A stretch of DNA of 64,000 nucleotides, taken from the NCBI GenBank assembly GCA_965113315.1, contig OZ220364.1. One strand, written 5' to 3'. This document shows positions 12,556-25,550 of the stretch, in pieces; position 1 is the first letter of the stretch; each line of letters starts with the position of its first letter. The translations under genes and the position numbers were made by a program. The notes under the pieces were generated by a model. That model was not told where the DNA came from, made no database searches, and was given only the letters and a program-made list of their open reading frames with translations. This DNA comes from Podarcis vaucheri. Taxonomy: Eukaryota.

Positions 12556-15500
12556 TATCTTGTTCCATGCGACCCCCAATCTCCAAGAGCGGTGGAAGAG
12601 GCTCCAGAGATTCCAGGCACTTAGCCAGGGATCACGTTTCCTTTTGGAAACGAGGCAAAGCAGAGACTGTGGTGTCTTTATGGTATATGGTTCATTTACA
12701 CACATATATAACCTGAGCCTGTGGTGGAAGGGCTCACAGCATTAACACTCCTCTAGGGTTTTGCTTCTCCTATGGCTGTGGCCTTGGATCCAAACAGAAA
12801 TCTGCCATGGCTCTCTGAGGCTTTGCTCCAGTTTGATGCGTTTTATAGACTGGCACTATCTTCTGCCACATCCCAGCCAACTGCAATCCTAAACTCAACC
12901 CTGCTTCGCGTATCTTTCTGTGAAAGGAGGGGCTCACACCCACCTGGCACAGATTGTTTGCTTTGTTAATCGCCCGTTACCTTCCTTTTGTTATCCATAA
13001 TGGCTCTTCTCCCATGCAATTTCCTGAATGGGAAACTGGTTTGGCCTGCATTTTAACACTTTGCTAAATCCAGCATCTGGACGTTAAGCCTCAATTAAAC
13101 TCCAGTACCCACTAGAACAAGGAATTTAGGGGGGTCGAGGCACCCACAAACACACGACAATATTTAGGGATGCAGCATCAACATATCATTTTTGGATCCA
13201 AAATATTAGAATTTTGTGTAGACATGGTGACATGGTGTCTCTACAGGGAAAGGAAAGAAAAAGCCTCACGTATGGTACTGGGCATACCTTACACTGAAGA
13301 TCTTGACCCCATTGGCTTGTATAGGAAGTGCTGCTGTGAAGAGCAAGACCCGGGCTGGCATCTCAAGAACCTGGATCAGCAGAGGAGGGAACTAGCAACA
13401 GAGCACAGCTATCTGGAGCAGTACTGGGGTTTTGCTGCATGGTTCAAAGGCAGGTTTGTCTTCTGGCTTTGGCAGGGCAGGGGAAGGGACTGTTCCAGGA
13501 AGGGCTGAGTTAGGGATTTTCCACTAGGAGCTGGAGAAAAGATTTCCTTCATATATCTCTTTTGTACATGATTTACCGGGATCCAAAGAACCACACAACT
13601 CGTCCTGCACACTTGTGAGAGGCTTTCTCAAACTGCAGTGGCCCCCCTCCCCATGCCCATGTCCCCTGGCAGGCAATGTTCAAGACTGACAAGACTCTAG
13701 AAAGCAGCCTGAGATATGGCAGGAGGGTCTGCAGTTCAAAGAAAGACAGGCAGAGGTCAAAAGAATTTGAGAGGAGGCCTGCTGCATCAGCCCAAAGTCT
13801 TTTATCTAGACCTTCTTCCTGTTTCTCACAGCAGACAATGGGGAGCCCGCGAGTAGATTGTGAGGGCAAGAAAACTCTTCCACAGCTATTTCCTTGCAAT
13901 TGGCGTTTAGAGGCATGCTGTCATTGATCCTGGAGGTATCATATAACCATCAAGACTATTAGCCATTGATCATCCATGTATTTATCTAATCCTGTGCTTG
14001 AATTACAGGGAGGGGGGGGATTCCAGCCCCCTTGCCCTTTTTTGACAGCTATTGTTTTTGGAACTTGACCTGTGGGGGAGGGAGCATAATGAGGCTAAAA
14101 AAAGAGGTGCGTGGCTAGGTAAAAACCTGTGGATTTCATTCAGAGCTCCATACATCCATACCCACTATATATCAACCATATGAGTGCCGATGGGAGCCAG
14201 TTATTCCTTTACACCTTTTAAGTTCCAAGGGTTTCCACTGGGTTTGAGACAGGCTCTTTGGCAGGCCAGGCCTTTGGATGGCACAGCAGGCGAAGGAAGA
14301 ACAGGGAGGCGGGAGGATGCAGCGCTGCAGAAAGAACATCTAAAGTGCAAGGGCAACTGCCCTACATTTGGACCGAGCTCGATGCCAGAGTCCCTGAATG
14401 GCAGGACGGTTCTGGGGACGGGAGTTGTATTCAGGAAAGGAAACAGCCAGTGAGTCACCCCTCCAGAAGGTTCAAGGAGGAATAGAAGGAACAGCTGTTC
14501 AAACTCCGCTCCATGCCAGCTCTGTGGGTAATGCGGAGAGACAGCACTGGACAACATATACTCAGACAAGGCATGGAGCCAAAGAGTCAAAGATCTGCTG
14601 GGACAGTATCGCAACACATTTATTAGGACCCACTAAATTTTAAAATGTGAAATGTAAGCTTTAGAGTTACACAAAACTTTTCCTCAAACTGAATTTTATT
14701 TTATTCTTTTTTTTAAAAAAACGCAAAACATTTTTTTACAGGAAGACAGAAAGCATGTTGTTAAGTCCTGGCTTTCGATTTGTTTTGGTTTGTCTTGTTT
14801 ATTTTGGAGTATTTAGACTGTACAAAAAAAAATAAATTATCGAGGCAGCTTCCAATACAGTAAAATAGACAATTCTATAGACAGCACTAGAGCGAGGCAA
14901 AGGTATATATAAATTTCTCCTCTTAGTTCTCTGATGTTCCAGCAAGTGCCAGTCTGCAGCAGTTGAATCCAGAGGCAGAACAAGCTGCTCTGGCACCCGG
15001 AGCGGTGCACATGCTGTGCACCTGGGGGGCAGGGCTAGTTGGGGGCGGTGCAACAATGTCACCCCCCCCCAGGGATGACACCTGGAGCAGACCGCACCCC
15101 CTTCCTCCACCAATGGTTGAATCTCCTGCCCAGAAACTGACTTGAAGCAGCCAGGTGTATGTTGGTCCCTTGCAGGTCAGGGCTTCCTCACTACTTTCTG
15201 TTGTCTCTTATAGACCAGCCCCTGGGCTCTGGAAGCAGGTGTTGGAGGAGCAAAGGTGTTAGATGCCTCCTCTCAGTCCTCAGAGGTTCCAGCTGCTGGG
15301 ACTGTTGAAGGTTATGGAGGAACTTATTGAACTGTGTTGTTCTCATATGACATTCTTCTTTTATCAGCAGAATCTCACCTGTGTGCATCATCCAAGGCAA
15401 GCAATCGTAGACAATGACTGTGAGGACATTGTAAGGGTTGATAATTCCCTGACGTTGTGGTTGGAGCAGGAAAGGCTCCCAAGAGATAATGCCCCTTTCT

Positions 15501-16149
15501 TTGGGAACCTATTATGCAGGTCTTCTAAGTTTCCTACTTTCCTCTGCTGCTGAAAGATTGATTCCGGCACGTAGTCAGGAAGTGACATTTTTGCCTTCCC
15601 ATCCACAAAGGACAGAACAGAACAGAACACAAAGAAGACAAGGAAACACTCCCAACTCACTGCGCCCCCAACATCCCACCCCTCAAAACGGGTCAGCAGG
15701 AAATTTTCCTGAAACACTGCCTGCAAAATGCTTCTCAGCTCAAAGCAAATCTCTCATCTGCCCCTAAAATGGTTTGATTTTTATTCCTTTCATCATGGTG
15801 TCCTCAACTTTGCTGAATGTCCCACTGCCACCCAAGAAACCCTACTTTATTTTCAAATAATTTCTTCATATAAGCAGGGATGTTTAAGTCATATGATGCT
15901 GCCTTTTAAGAGGTAAATGTGTCTTTTTATCTACCTCTTTGTAGATATCAGTCTGAATCTGAAATGCAATTGACATCTTCCAGATATTGTTTTCCTTGTT
16001 TGTTTAATTTGCAGATCGCTTCCTGCAAATTACACGTTTTTGAAGCTTGGCTCTTATAAGTAGGTTGTTTAGGAAACAGTTATTAAAGAAAGACAAACCA
16101 CTATATAGTACTTGGAATAGATAGATTGGGATAGAAGAAAACTGAGCAC

Positions 16150-16910
16150 TCACAGGTAATTTGCAGAAGCTATCAGTATATGCCAGAGCTTACTTGGTGG
16201 CAGTGAAGGCATGCTGTGCTGCCTCCATTGCATCCTCACGATGCCATTCAAGAGAGGTTTTCCAGGTAGTACTGAGCCAATTGCATTCTGGCCCAAAGGA
16301 GCTGGTAGAACCAACAGTAGCTCATTGTGACCTGTTTGCAAAACATTTTGAGGCTAAAATCACTTGTCTCTGCCGGGACCTTGATTCCGCTGTTACAGCA
16401 GATGAGTCTCAAGAGGTGTCCAGAACACTGGCTGGTGCTGTTGTGTTGGATGAATTCATGTTAGTAAGGCATGGACAAAGTGCTTGACTTGGTCCGAATA
16501 CCTGTGCTCTTGCCCCTCATGGCTGATAAAAATTTGCAAGGAAGATACTGATGGGCTGGGAGGTGGTTAATCCCTCCTTGTGATCCCTAGGGTGGTCCCT
16601 GCCTGCTTAAAGGAGGTAGTAGTTACAACCACTTCTTAAGAAACCCTCCCTGGACTCAGAAAATATAAATAACTACCAGCCAGTCAGTCACTAAACTTCC
16701 CTTCTTGGGCAAAGTCCTCAGGTGGGTGGTGACAGGCCAGACCCAGACATGCTTGGATGAAACCGATTCTCTAGCTCAATATTAATCTGAGTTAATGCCC
16801 TGTTTTGGCACAGAAACTGCCTGGATCACCCTGCATGGTTACCTCTTTCAGGAGAGAGACAAGGGAATGTACCTCGATTAATTCTCCTTGATTTCTCTGT
16901 TGCTTTCGAT
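16150..16910 (+). mobile_element. L2-clade LINE ORF2 (reverse transcriptase) fragment, decayed
   Basis: Frameshifted translation gives CDLFAKHFEAKI..., PACLKEVVV, PLLKKPSLDSENINNYQPV, LPFLGKVL, FGTETA and LLDFSVAF, which are typical pre-RT and RT domain motifs. Confidence 0.85.
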
Positions 16911-17759
16911 GCAGGTTTTTCAGTCCCTTTACAGTCTGCTTTGCAACTCGTATGGCAGCAGCTTTAAGCCTATCCACCTTATTTATGACCTTTGAATCCC
17001 CGTCCTTCCCCCCTCATTTTATTCTCTGAACAGCTCTATGAGGCAACATAGGTTGAGAGGTAGTGACAGGATTTGAACATAGGCCTCCCTGATCCAACTG
17101 AGCATCATTCTAGCCACTAAATACCAGCCGTGCCTTCAACAAGGGGCAGGGGTGGACATAGGTTGAGGCCTTGGATTTGCTAGTAGCTATTGACGTAGGT
17201 GTGATGTCATACTTATCCAATGAGCAAGTGCAACTTTTAGAAGTTTAAAAAACTTAGATGGTGAAGTAAAGATAGCCTGAAGAGAAGCATCAGGGAGAGT
17301 CAGGGAAGGAAGGAAATGAGCAGATGGGGAGCAGGACTGCTGCCAGGGGAACCCTGGCTTGACTTTTATTGTTCAGGGGTCATCACAGATGGAATAACCA
17401 GAAAGGGGAAAATAATGTAAGTTGAACAAATTGGAGATTGGTTGGGAAAACAGATCTTTGCCTGGCAAGTTCCAGCACTGCCCCTGCCCACCCTTCCCCT
17501 CCTGATCATGGATGTTCCACTTCTCATTTCTTCCACTACTCTTCCTTTACAGGGTCCTGGGTTAGCTTCCCAATGCTCAATCCACATTGAGAAGTGTAGG
17601 GGGGGGGTGAGCAAGAATTAATAACCTGAGCAAGGAACTCTAGCAAGTGTGCAAACTAGGAATAGGGGCAAACTAAGCTTTTATAGTCACATGTGTGACT
17701 ATACTTGGCAAGGTATAGTCACTTCAAAACAAGATATCTGCATTAGGCAGCACAAATTA

Positions 17760-18009
17760 CAGTTGTACCTTGGATTTCGAACAGCTTAGTTCTCAAATGT
17801 TTCGTCTCCCAAGCGTCACAAACCTGGAAGTGACTGTTCCGGTTTGCGAACTATTTTTGGAAGCCAAACGTCCGACAGGGCTTCTGTGGCTTCTGATTGG
17901 CTGCAGGAGCTTCCTGCAACCAATCAGAAACCGTGCTTTGGTTTCCAAACATTTTGGAAGTCGAGCAGACTTCTGGAACAGATTCCATTTAGCTTCCAAG
18001 GCGCGACTG
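17760..18009. mobile_element. Tc1/mariner MITE (related family)
   Basis: TIR cagttgtaccttgga / tccaaggcgcgactg with TA flanks; internal palindrome ttctgattggctgcagga...tcctgcaaccaatcagaa. Confidence 0.8.
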
Positions 18010-18781
18010 TACTGACTCAGGCTGCCAGGCTCCTCTTGGTATTCCTACAGCTTCAAACCCTCCTGCAGGAACAGGCTCCATGGTTTTTAAATAAACAGTG
18101 GGATCCTCAGAGTAAAAGCAAATCCCACTTTTGCAAACTGATCTTCCTATCAGTGTTTTCAGGGTGGACTTTGGTCTTTCAAATTTCAGTGGTGCCCCAT
18201 GCGAGGCCAGAACTCAGCGCCCCCTGCCCTTCACCTTCCGTTCTGCTCCATTCACTACATCATAGTTGTGACACCCTGCTGCTCTCCTTAGGCTCAGCAT
18301 CCAGAGTGGTGGAACCAGTTGCGCTGTCCTAAATCCACTCCCGGTGTCTTGTCAGTATGCATTAAAACATATTCCTGGATTCTTAGAATCATTGACTCAA
18401 AGAATTTTAGAGTTGGATGGGATCACGAGGGTAATCTAGTCCAACCCCCTGTGAAGCAGGAATATTTTTGCACAACATGGGTCTTGAACTCACAATCCTC
18501 ATGCTCTACCAACTGAGCGATCTGCGTGATGAAGAAACAGAACCTACGCAGTTCGGCTTTCAATCACTCCCACTGATTTTTATGGACAAAATTGGCTTGC
18601 CATTTCAGACAGTTAGAAGTGCAAATGCTGCACTGGAGTGTTGAGGGACACTCAACCAGTACAGCTCACACTTCATTTGTGTCCTAAAGCGCACTCTTCC
18701 TGCATGGGGTGTGTGTGTGTTTCAGTTAGGGGCTATCCAGTGATAGCCCCTTACCAACCATCCTTGACACAGGGACTCCAC

Positions 18782-18785
<4 letters not shown>

Positions 18786-18820
<35 letters not shown>
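18786..18820. repeat. (GT)n microsatellite; another at 1606-1632
   Basis: Direct reading. Confidence 0.95.
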
Positions 18821-18821
<1 letters not shown>

Positions 18822-19064
18822 TATGTGTCTATGCACACACTGTGACTTTGTGAGCAAGAGCATATGCTGCACTTCCCTATGGATCTTTCCCATACACAGG
18901 CTCTCCCTCTAAATACATGCCCAACACATTCATTGCTCCATTAATACCACTCAAACAGGCTAGTTCCTGTGTGAGAGAATGGCCCAAAATATTGGCTTAA
19001 TATATGCTCAGAAAAGTCATGGCCAACAGTCTCTCTGCAAAGATAATATCTCTATAACTAGCGA

Positions 19065-19219
19065 CAGTGGCGTAGCGTGGGGGTGCAGGGGGGGCCCGGC
19101 CGCACAGGGCGCAACATCTGGGGGGGCGCTCGCACTGGCAGCTCTCTGCCCCTACCGGGTTAGGGGGGCACAAATTACTTGCCTTGCCCCGGGTGCTGAC
19201 AACCCACGCTACACCACTG
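19065..19219. mobile_element. hAT-type MITE
   Basis: TIR cagtggcgtagcgtggg / cccacgctacaccactg; 8-bp TSD actagcga / actagcaa. Confidence 0.85.
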
Positions 19220-21165
19220 ACTAGCAATGAGACCATTTCCCTGAGCCATCCCTTTGAAAACCAGAATAGTATACACAAAGGGGGAGCAAAATCTCAGGAG
19301 AGTTTGTAAAGGAAACAGGTGTGTGGCCCTCAAAAGGAGTCTGGAAATGTATTTGAGAAAAGACAGGAGGAGGGGAGACTTCCTGGGTTATGAGAGGTTT
19401 TTACAGTTGCTACTGAGACAGAGCAGTGGCGAGAATAAGGGATTCAGCACTAGCCGCTGCAGTAGCCAGACATTTTGGATGGGTTCCAAGAAAAAAGGAT
19501 CAGAAGCACGCAGGGCCTTGGCGGGACTGACTTAAAAGGCAAGAATGGGAATGTGCACAATGCATCTGGAACAATGGCTGAAGGGCCGAAAGGTTGCGTG
19601 GGTTGGGGGAGGGTGGCTGGATGCAAGAGCCTTCTGGGTGTAAATGCCACAGAAGCAGGGGAAGTGCAGAAGGGAGAGGCTTGAGCTGGATGTGACATGG
19701 AGAGGAAAAATAGAAGCTCAGTCACAGGAAGACCTAGCTGAACAATGAAACCCAGGAGGCAGCGGAGGCAACGCCACCCCACAGGAAAGGCAGGGTGGGG
19801 TGGGGAGTGACAGCACCCCTCCAGCGCAAGGAATGTTAAACATGATTGTTGCAGAACACTGGCCCAAGACTGAAGCCTCATTATACCAAATTCGTAATAA
19901 ATAGAGCCTCTCTGTCCAAAGAACCAAGACAAAGGGTAACAAAGTACACTCTCCAATCAGCCCAAGGGACCAAGGGCCACTGGGAGTCTGCACCCCTTGC
20001 CTCCCACAAAGAACAGAACAGCAACGGGGTGTGTTAAAGAGCAATAAAGCTTGGGGTACCCCTGCAAAAGGCGCTTACATAAACCCCAAGTTTCCCAGAA
20101 TACATTCCCAAAGGCATCATAAAAACATAATAATTATGTCAGAGAAAGAAGTGTTGGTGGCAGGTAGAAATCTGAGCCTCAGACATACCGCTGTCACTCA
20201 AGGCAGTGATTAAGCATCTGTCTTTAATCCCGCAAAGAAAGCATTTACATTTCCCTTTGTTATTTTTAATCAGCACCCTATATTCAATATCTATGATTTT
20301 AGGTAGCAGGGCAGGAAAAGAGCATTCTCTGCCGAAAATAATGATGAGTCACGGCCAACCAAAGTAGACAAAATTGGCCAAGATGGAGCACCCAACAACA
20401 TAAGGCAGCTTCACTCACTCAGCACTGGGGACATCAGAAAATTGCAGCTCTCTGTGACTTCTCTAGCCACATTTTATTCCTCTCCAGCTCTGCCGCTATT
20501 CTATAAAACAGTTTAACTGTCCATAAGGACATGCTTTTTTGTGCTCGTTTCCTAATAAGCTTTGCATCAATAATATTATAACACTATAACAACCACCACC
20601 AAACCTAAAACAATATAACAGCCACCATCATAGTATTATTGTCCTTTCAATATAAACTCCTTTCTGGTAGCCACGCAAGATCTTGTGCTAGAATCTCTGG
20701 AGCAACTTGGCCTTGATTTACCATTATCCTGAGCTATTCTATTCTCTCTTGGGAGTAGACATCCTCTCTTTTGTGATTCCACATACATGCCACCCACTCT
20801 GAAGCCTGATAGAAATGATAAGGCTCTGAAGTTGACAAGTCTTTCTTTTATACCAAGCAGGGTCTACGCTAAGGGATGGCACACAGCCAGGTGAAATCCA
20901 TCATGCTACTTTCAGAGTTTATCTCTGAATAGCATATGCATACTTGATTGGAGCCAACTTGGTAGGAACAGTAATTAAGTAGCTTTTCACATTACCAGGG
21001 CAGTGGTGTGTTTTTTGGGTACAATCCATAGTTATTTGTTTTTTCATTTGCTGCACAGACTGTCTTCTCAAGGCTGTAAACTAGTTGTACAGTTACAGGC
21101 AACTCCCCATTTATGTGGTGGTAATATTCCAAAGGCACCGCAAGTTTAAGTGAAATTGTGTATAT

Positions 21166-21310
21166 TAGGGTTGCCATATTTTAAACAGTTGTCATGGGCT
21201 GCCATATGTCCGGATTTTCCTGGACATTTGGCTGATTTCCGCCTGGACACTGCTAGAGACAGTTGTATTCCAGATATGTCTGGGAAATCCTGTACGCATG
21301 GCAACCGTAA
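21166..21310. mobile_element. hAT (Blackjack-like) relic
   Basis: tagggttgccata...atggcaaccgta ends with tgtcccgg / ctggaca motifs, as in the 62080 element. Confidence 0.55.
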
Positions 21311-22244
21311 GGCCTGCAAACACCACAATCACTCTCCCAAACCTCCTTGCTCAAACCTCAACTCTCCACAGGCCTCAAAGGTCAGTGCAAGGGCTCCTGG
21401 GATTGTTAGAAGCAGTTTCTGCACCATTATTTCCCGCGTTCATGCTCTTTTAGGACCATTTTTGTCCCTTTTCATGTCAGTTCCAGGTTTGCGGTGATGC
21501 GTGTGTGCGCAGTCACACGTGCCTCAAACGCGTGTGAATGTGGAGTTGTTTGCACTGCATTTTCACTCAAACCGATACTTGGGAAAGCATCATACTTCTT
21601 CCAAAAGAAAATCTGGTCCTCTGGTTATGTAGCACGTGATTGCTTGACCCATCACAATTATGTAACATTTGCTGCTGAAAATTTTATAAAATTATGCTCA
21701 CAGAGATAGGCAAAGAATAGTTTAACAATAACAAGTCTATTTGTCTAGAGTTTTCCCCTGAACCACTCCCTCTGTACAACAACTCCGTTTACACTTAGGT
21801 TCCTGTCATATATCATAATTACAAAACCATGCCATCTATTGTTTGGTTTTTGGAAGGAACAACACTGCTCAAGCACATTATTGTACGATTTTGAGAGTGT
21901 GTTTTGGTGTCTTTTTATTTTAAGTGTTGCGACTCATTGAAGTCAGAAGGACCATTCTCCCTCCTCTCTTTCTGTGCCATCAGAGCCTGTTACAACCAGA
22001 AGCAGGATTAGAATTAGAAAGCTTTCTCTACTGGGGGTGGGGGTGGCTAGATGCCAAATGAAGACTGACATAATCCAGGTTCCAATTCCCACCCATTCCT
22101 CAAACTTAGTAGATGACATAGTGCCAGCTGCTTTTTCCCAGCCTAACCAACGACACAGTGTTGTTGCCATGCCCTCAAACACATTGGGGCAAAAAACCGA
22201 GATACTGTCCTCCAAGACCATGCTCCCGTGTGAGATCCTTCCCC

Positions 22245-22280
<36 letters not shown>
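22245..22280. repeat. (AAT)12 microsatellite, tail of a short L2-type fragment (22281-22320)
   Basis: Direct reading; followed by ataccccgcccatctggctggg. Confidence 0.9.
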
Positions 22281-22282
<2 letters not shown>

Positions 22283-23731
22283 TTTAATTATACCCCGCCC
22301 ATCTGGCTGGGTTTCCCCAGTGGCAAGATTGCAGTACTCCAAATGGCTGCTGTGCTCTTGCACGAAAAGAAAACAGGATGTCCTGGTTTTCCCGGGACAG
22401 TAGTGTGGTATGTTGTTGGAAGGATAAAATAGGTAGAGGGTGAAACCAGACACGAAGGGGGAAATTTGCAAGCCACCTTCAGCCCCTAATGGAAGAGTGG
22501 GATTAAAAATGTAATAAAATAAATACATGGACGGCATGGAGCTCTACCCCGATATGTTTCTGTTGATGGGATTTACTTTATTCAGGATTACTGCATATTT
22601 TGTGTCAAAAAAGATTTTTCCTTTAATTCAAATTGGATAGCAGAGTATGTGTACATGCAAACACTGTGCTCAGTTGCTGGAGTAATCTGGAGTTACTGCT
22701 TTGCAAGTATATTAATGCAGTGCAGTCCTAATCCTGTGGCCTACGGAGGCCAGAAGATGGAGCTATGAAGCATGTGGGTGGATAGGTCAGCTTAACTTCA
22801 AGGAAGCAGAGTAAATGGACTTCTGCTCACTTTTAACCCTGTCCTAACTACTATCCCTTTAGCTATGATTCCCAAATTATATCTAATGCTGCTACATAAT
22901 ATCTCAGCAGTAAGCGCCCCATACATTATGACAAAACACAGGGCAGTCAAATTCTAGGGAACATTGAGAGTGGCAAGGGCTGAGAGATGTCATTGGGGCA
23001 ATAGGTTTCACAGCAATGAATTATTTTTCTGACACGCCCCCCCCCCCCAAGCAGCTTCAGATTTGTCTCCAAGTGACCCTTTCATCAGTGCCATTTATCT
23101 GATCCAGTGATGACTCTACACCAGCTGGTCTCAGTTCAGGGCAAACCATCTGCCCGTCTTTGTTACTCTCCAGGCTCAAAATATGACCTTGCACTGCAGA
23201 GGCAACATATTTCAGAGCCCAATTAGCCACTTCCTCTGATCTCACAGCATAGCATGTGCCCTTTGGGACTGAATAACCTTTTGTCACCGGGGAAGACCAA
23301 AAGTGCATCATTGCTGAAGTGAGGGTTGGGGGATAGGCAGGAAGGGAGAGAAGGGAGGTTTTCACTCTTCAAAGCAGGAGACCTGCCAAATCTTTCCCAT
23401 CTCTCTAGACCCCAGCTAAGGGGGAGAGATTTTGAAATTTATTTAATGGTTCCTGGAATGCCTTGCCCTTTCACCTTGGCAAGCCCTGCAGTGGCCTTTT
23501 AAGTGTTTAAAAGGCCTTGGGGGTAAAGACAGCTACAAACTTCAGGAGTCTAATGCCAATAAGCCTTTGTTTAATTACTGAAGTAAAGAAAGCATTTTGG
23601 AATGAGTGTGAAGAATTCCTTCCATATCCAAACTGATATATGTCACATTATTTATGCTGGGCTAATGCTATAACTGTCACAACTAAAAATAAAATCTATT
23701 TGACTTTGCATTGTGTCATTATGTCTTAAGG

Positions 23732-23966
23732 CAACGGTTCCCAATTAGGGGAACCACTAATAGGCGGGTCCTTGGCCCCATTCCGTGCCTCCCTCCCAAC
23801 TAAATTTTTGCCGTTTTTGCATATTAGGGGCTACCCCACATTTTGTTCTAAAAACTGCTTTGCAGAGGTTTAACCAAAGAGTTATCAACATTTTCAAAAG
23901 TAGGGGGCCGGGGCTTAGGTTTTGAAAACAGGGGGTCCTCAGTAATTAGCTAACTGGGAACCACTG
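23732..23966. mobile_element. hAT-type (Charlie-like) MITE
   Basis: TIR caacggttcccaatt / aactgggaaccactg; perfect 8-bp TSD tcttaagg at 23724-23731 and 23967-23974. Confidence 0.85.
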
Positions 23967-25194
23967 TCTTAAGGGAAATGAGCCAAGCAAGTTGCAAGTC
24001 AGTTACCTGAGCTTCTGCCTCTGAAAACCTAAGATGGATAGGACCTATCTAGCCAACCTGTATACAGTATAGGAAAATAATCATATCCCTAGGGCACATA
24101 AGAATGAAAGCACCTTCACTGCCAGGCAGTGCATTGTGGAGAGCTACTTACTGAGGAGATGAACACAAGGAATCTGAAATTTTACACACTAAAGGTATCT
24201 GTTTGATTCTATAGTTGTAACTGAAATGTACTGGTGCTGACCTGGCTTGGGAAATAGGTTGGTTCGGGCTAAATAGCAACAGGCTTCTACTTACACAGCT
24301 ACGTGAACATCAAGTATACATAATCTGAAGGAGAGATGAGCATCTTCAAACACTCTGGGGCACATTGGTAGGCACAGATTGAGGAGCACTGGTAGGTGAG
24401 GCTCCTTGGTGTGTTTCCTCTGTGTCTGATGGATGCACATCTCCTATTTCTACACCCAAGAGTCCAATCGCCCCACTGTACGTATGAGCTCACACAGCCA
24501 TGGGCTGAGTTCATTGGAGTCTTCTCTTTCTTGCTCCAAAGACAGAACTTGCTGTGGGTCTAGATCATGATTCCTGCATGCTCAAGAAAAGCACCCAGGC
24601 CTCAGAATCTATCTCAGATCTTGCTGTCATGAAGTCCATTTTCTAAAAGCTTCAGACAGAAAAGGTTTGGCAAAGTGGTATGTTTGGGGCCAATATATGT
24701 AAGAAAATGCATATAATTTAAACATTATCAGCTACAAGAACACAAAAGGAAGTGTGAATAGAGCTGTCACTTGATTAAAGAAATCTTATTCAAGCAGGAG
24801 TTTTAACCCCTCAATTAAATCTGCATATATTTACATGTAAATAGTTCTGAAGAAGACCCTTTGTTTTTAGATAATGCATTTATATGTCCCAGCAGGCATG
24901 TGAAAGGAATTCCTCTTAAAAGTGTTTTGTCACCCATGGACTTGTAAATGGTGCATTAAGTTATATACTTTTAAATAACAACCAGGGTCACCTTTTCAAC
25001 TGATCAAAATAAATTAAAATAAGAAATTAAGATAAACATTACATCTCTATAGAGCAGGGATGTCCAACCAGCGATCTACAGGTTGATCGAGGAATGTCCC
25101 TGGTTGATCCTGGAACCCTGATAGCCCCCTCCCCCCAAAAGCTCAACAACTCTGGTCAAGCCAATGGGTACATCATGGCCAGTTTTTTTTATAT

Positions 25195-25550
25195 AATCAG
25201 GTAGGTAGCTGTGTTGGTCTGACGCAGTCAAAATATATACAAAAATTGTCCAGTAGCACCTTAGAGATCAACTAAGTTTATTCTTGGTACAGTGGTACCT
25301 CATGTTAAGTACTTAATTCGTTCTGGAGGTCTGTTCTTAACCTGAAACTGTTCTTAACCTGAAGCACCACTTTAGCCAATGGGGCCTCCAGCTGCCACTG
25401 CGCCGCCGGAGCACGATTTCTGTTCTCATCCTGAAGAAAAGTTCTTAACCCGAGGTACTATTTCTGGGTTAGCGGAGTCTGTAACCTGAAGCGTATGTAA
25501 CCCGAGGTACCACTGTATAAGTTTTTATGTGCATGCACACTTCTTCAGAT
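25195..25550 (-). mobile_element. Penelope-like pLTR fragment (same family as 9597-9795), interrupted by a MITE
   Basis: caggtaggtagctgtgttggtctg...tccagtagcaccttagagatcaactaag...[MITE]...tgtgcatgcacacttcttcagata, flanked by an ag(t)n-ata duplication near 25181 and 25551. Confidence 0.8.
25290..25515. mobile_element. Tc1/mariner MITE (cagtggtacctc family)
   Basis: TIR cagtggtacctc / gaggtaccactg, TA TSD, internal taacctgaa repeats. Confidence 0.92.

Noticed and set aside
13170-14643. Several 75-140 aa ORFs
   Set aside because: No known motifs. They partly overlap a CR1-type 3' relic (about 13770-13990), and no splice-consistent model could be built.
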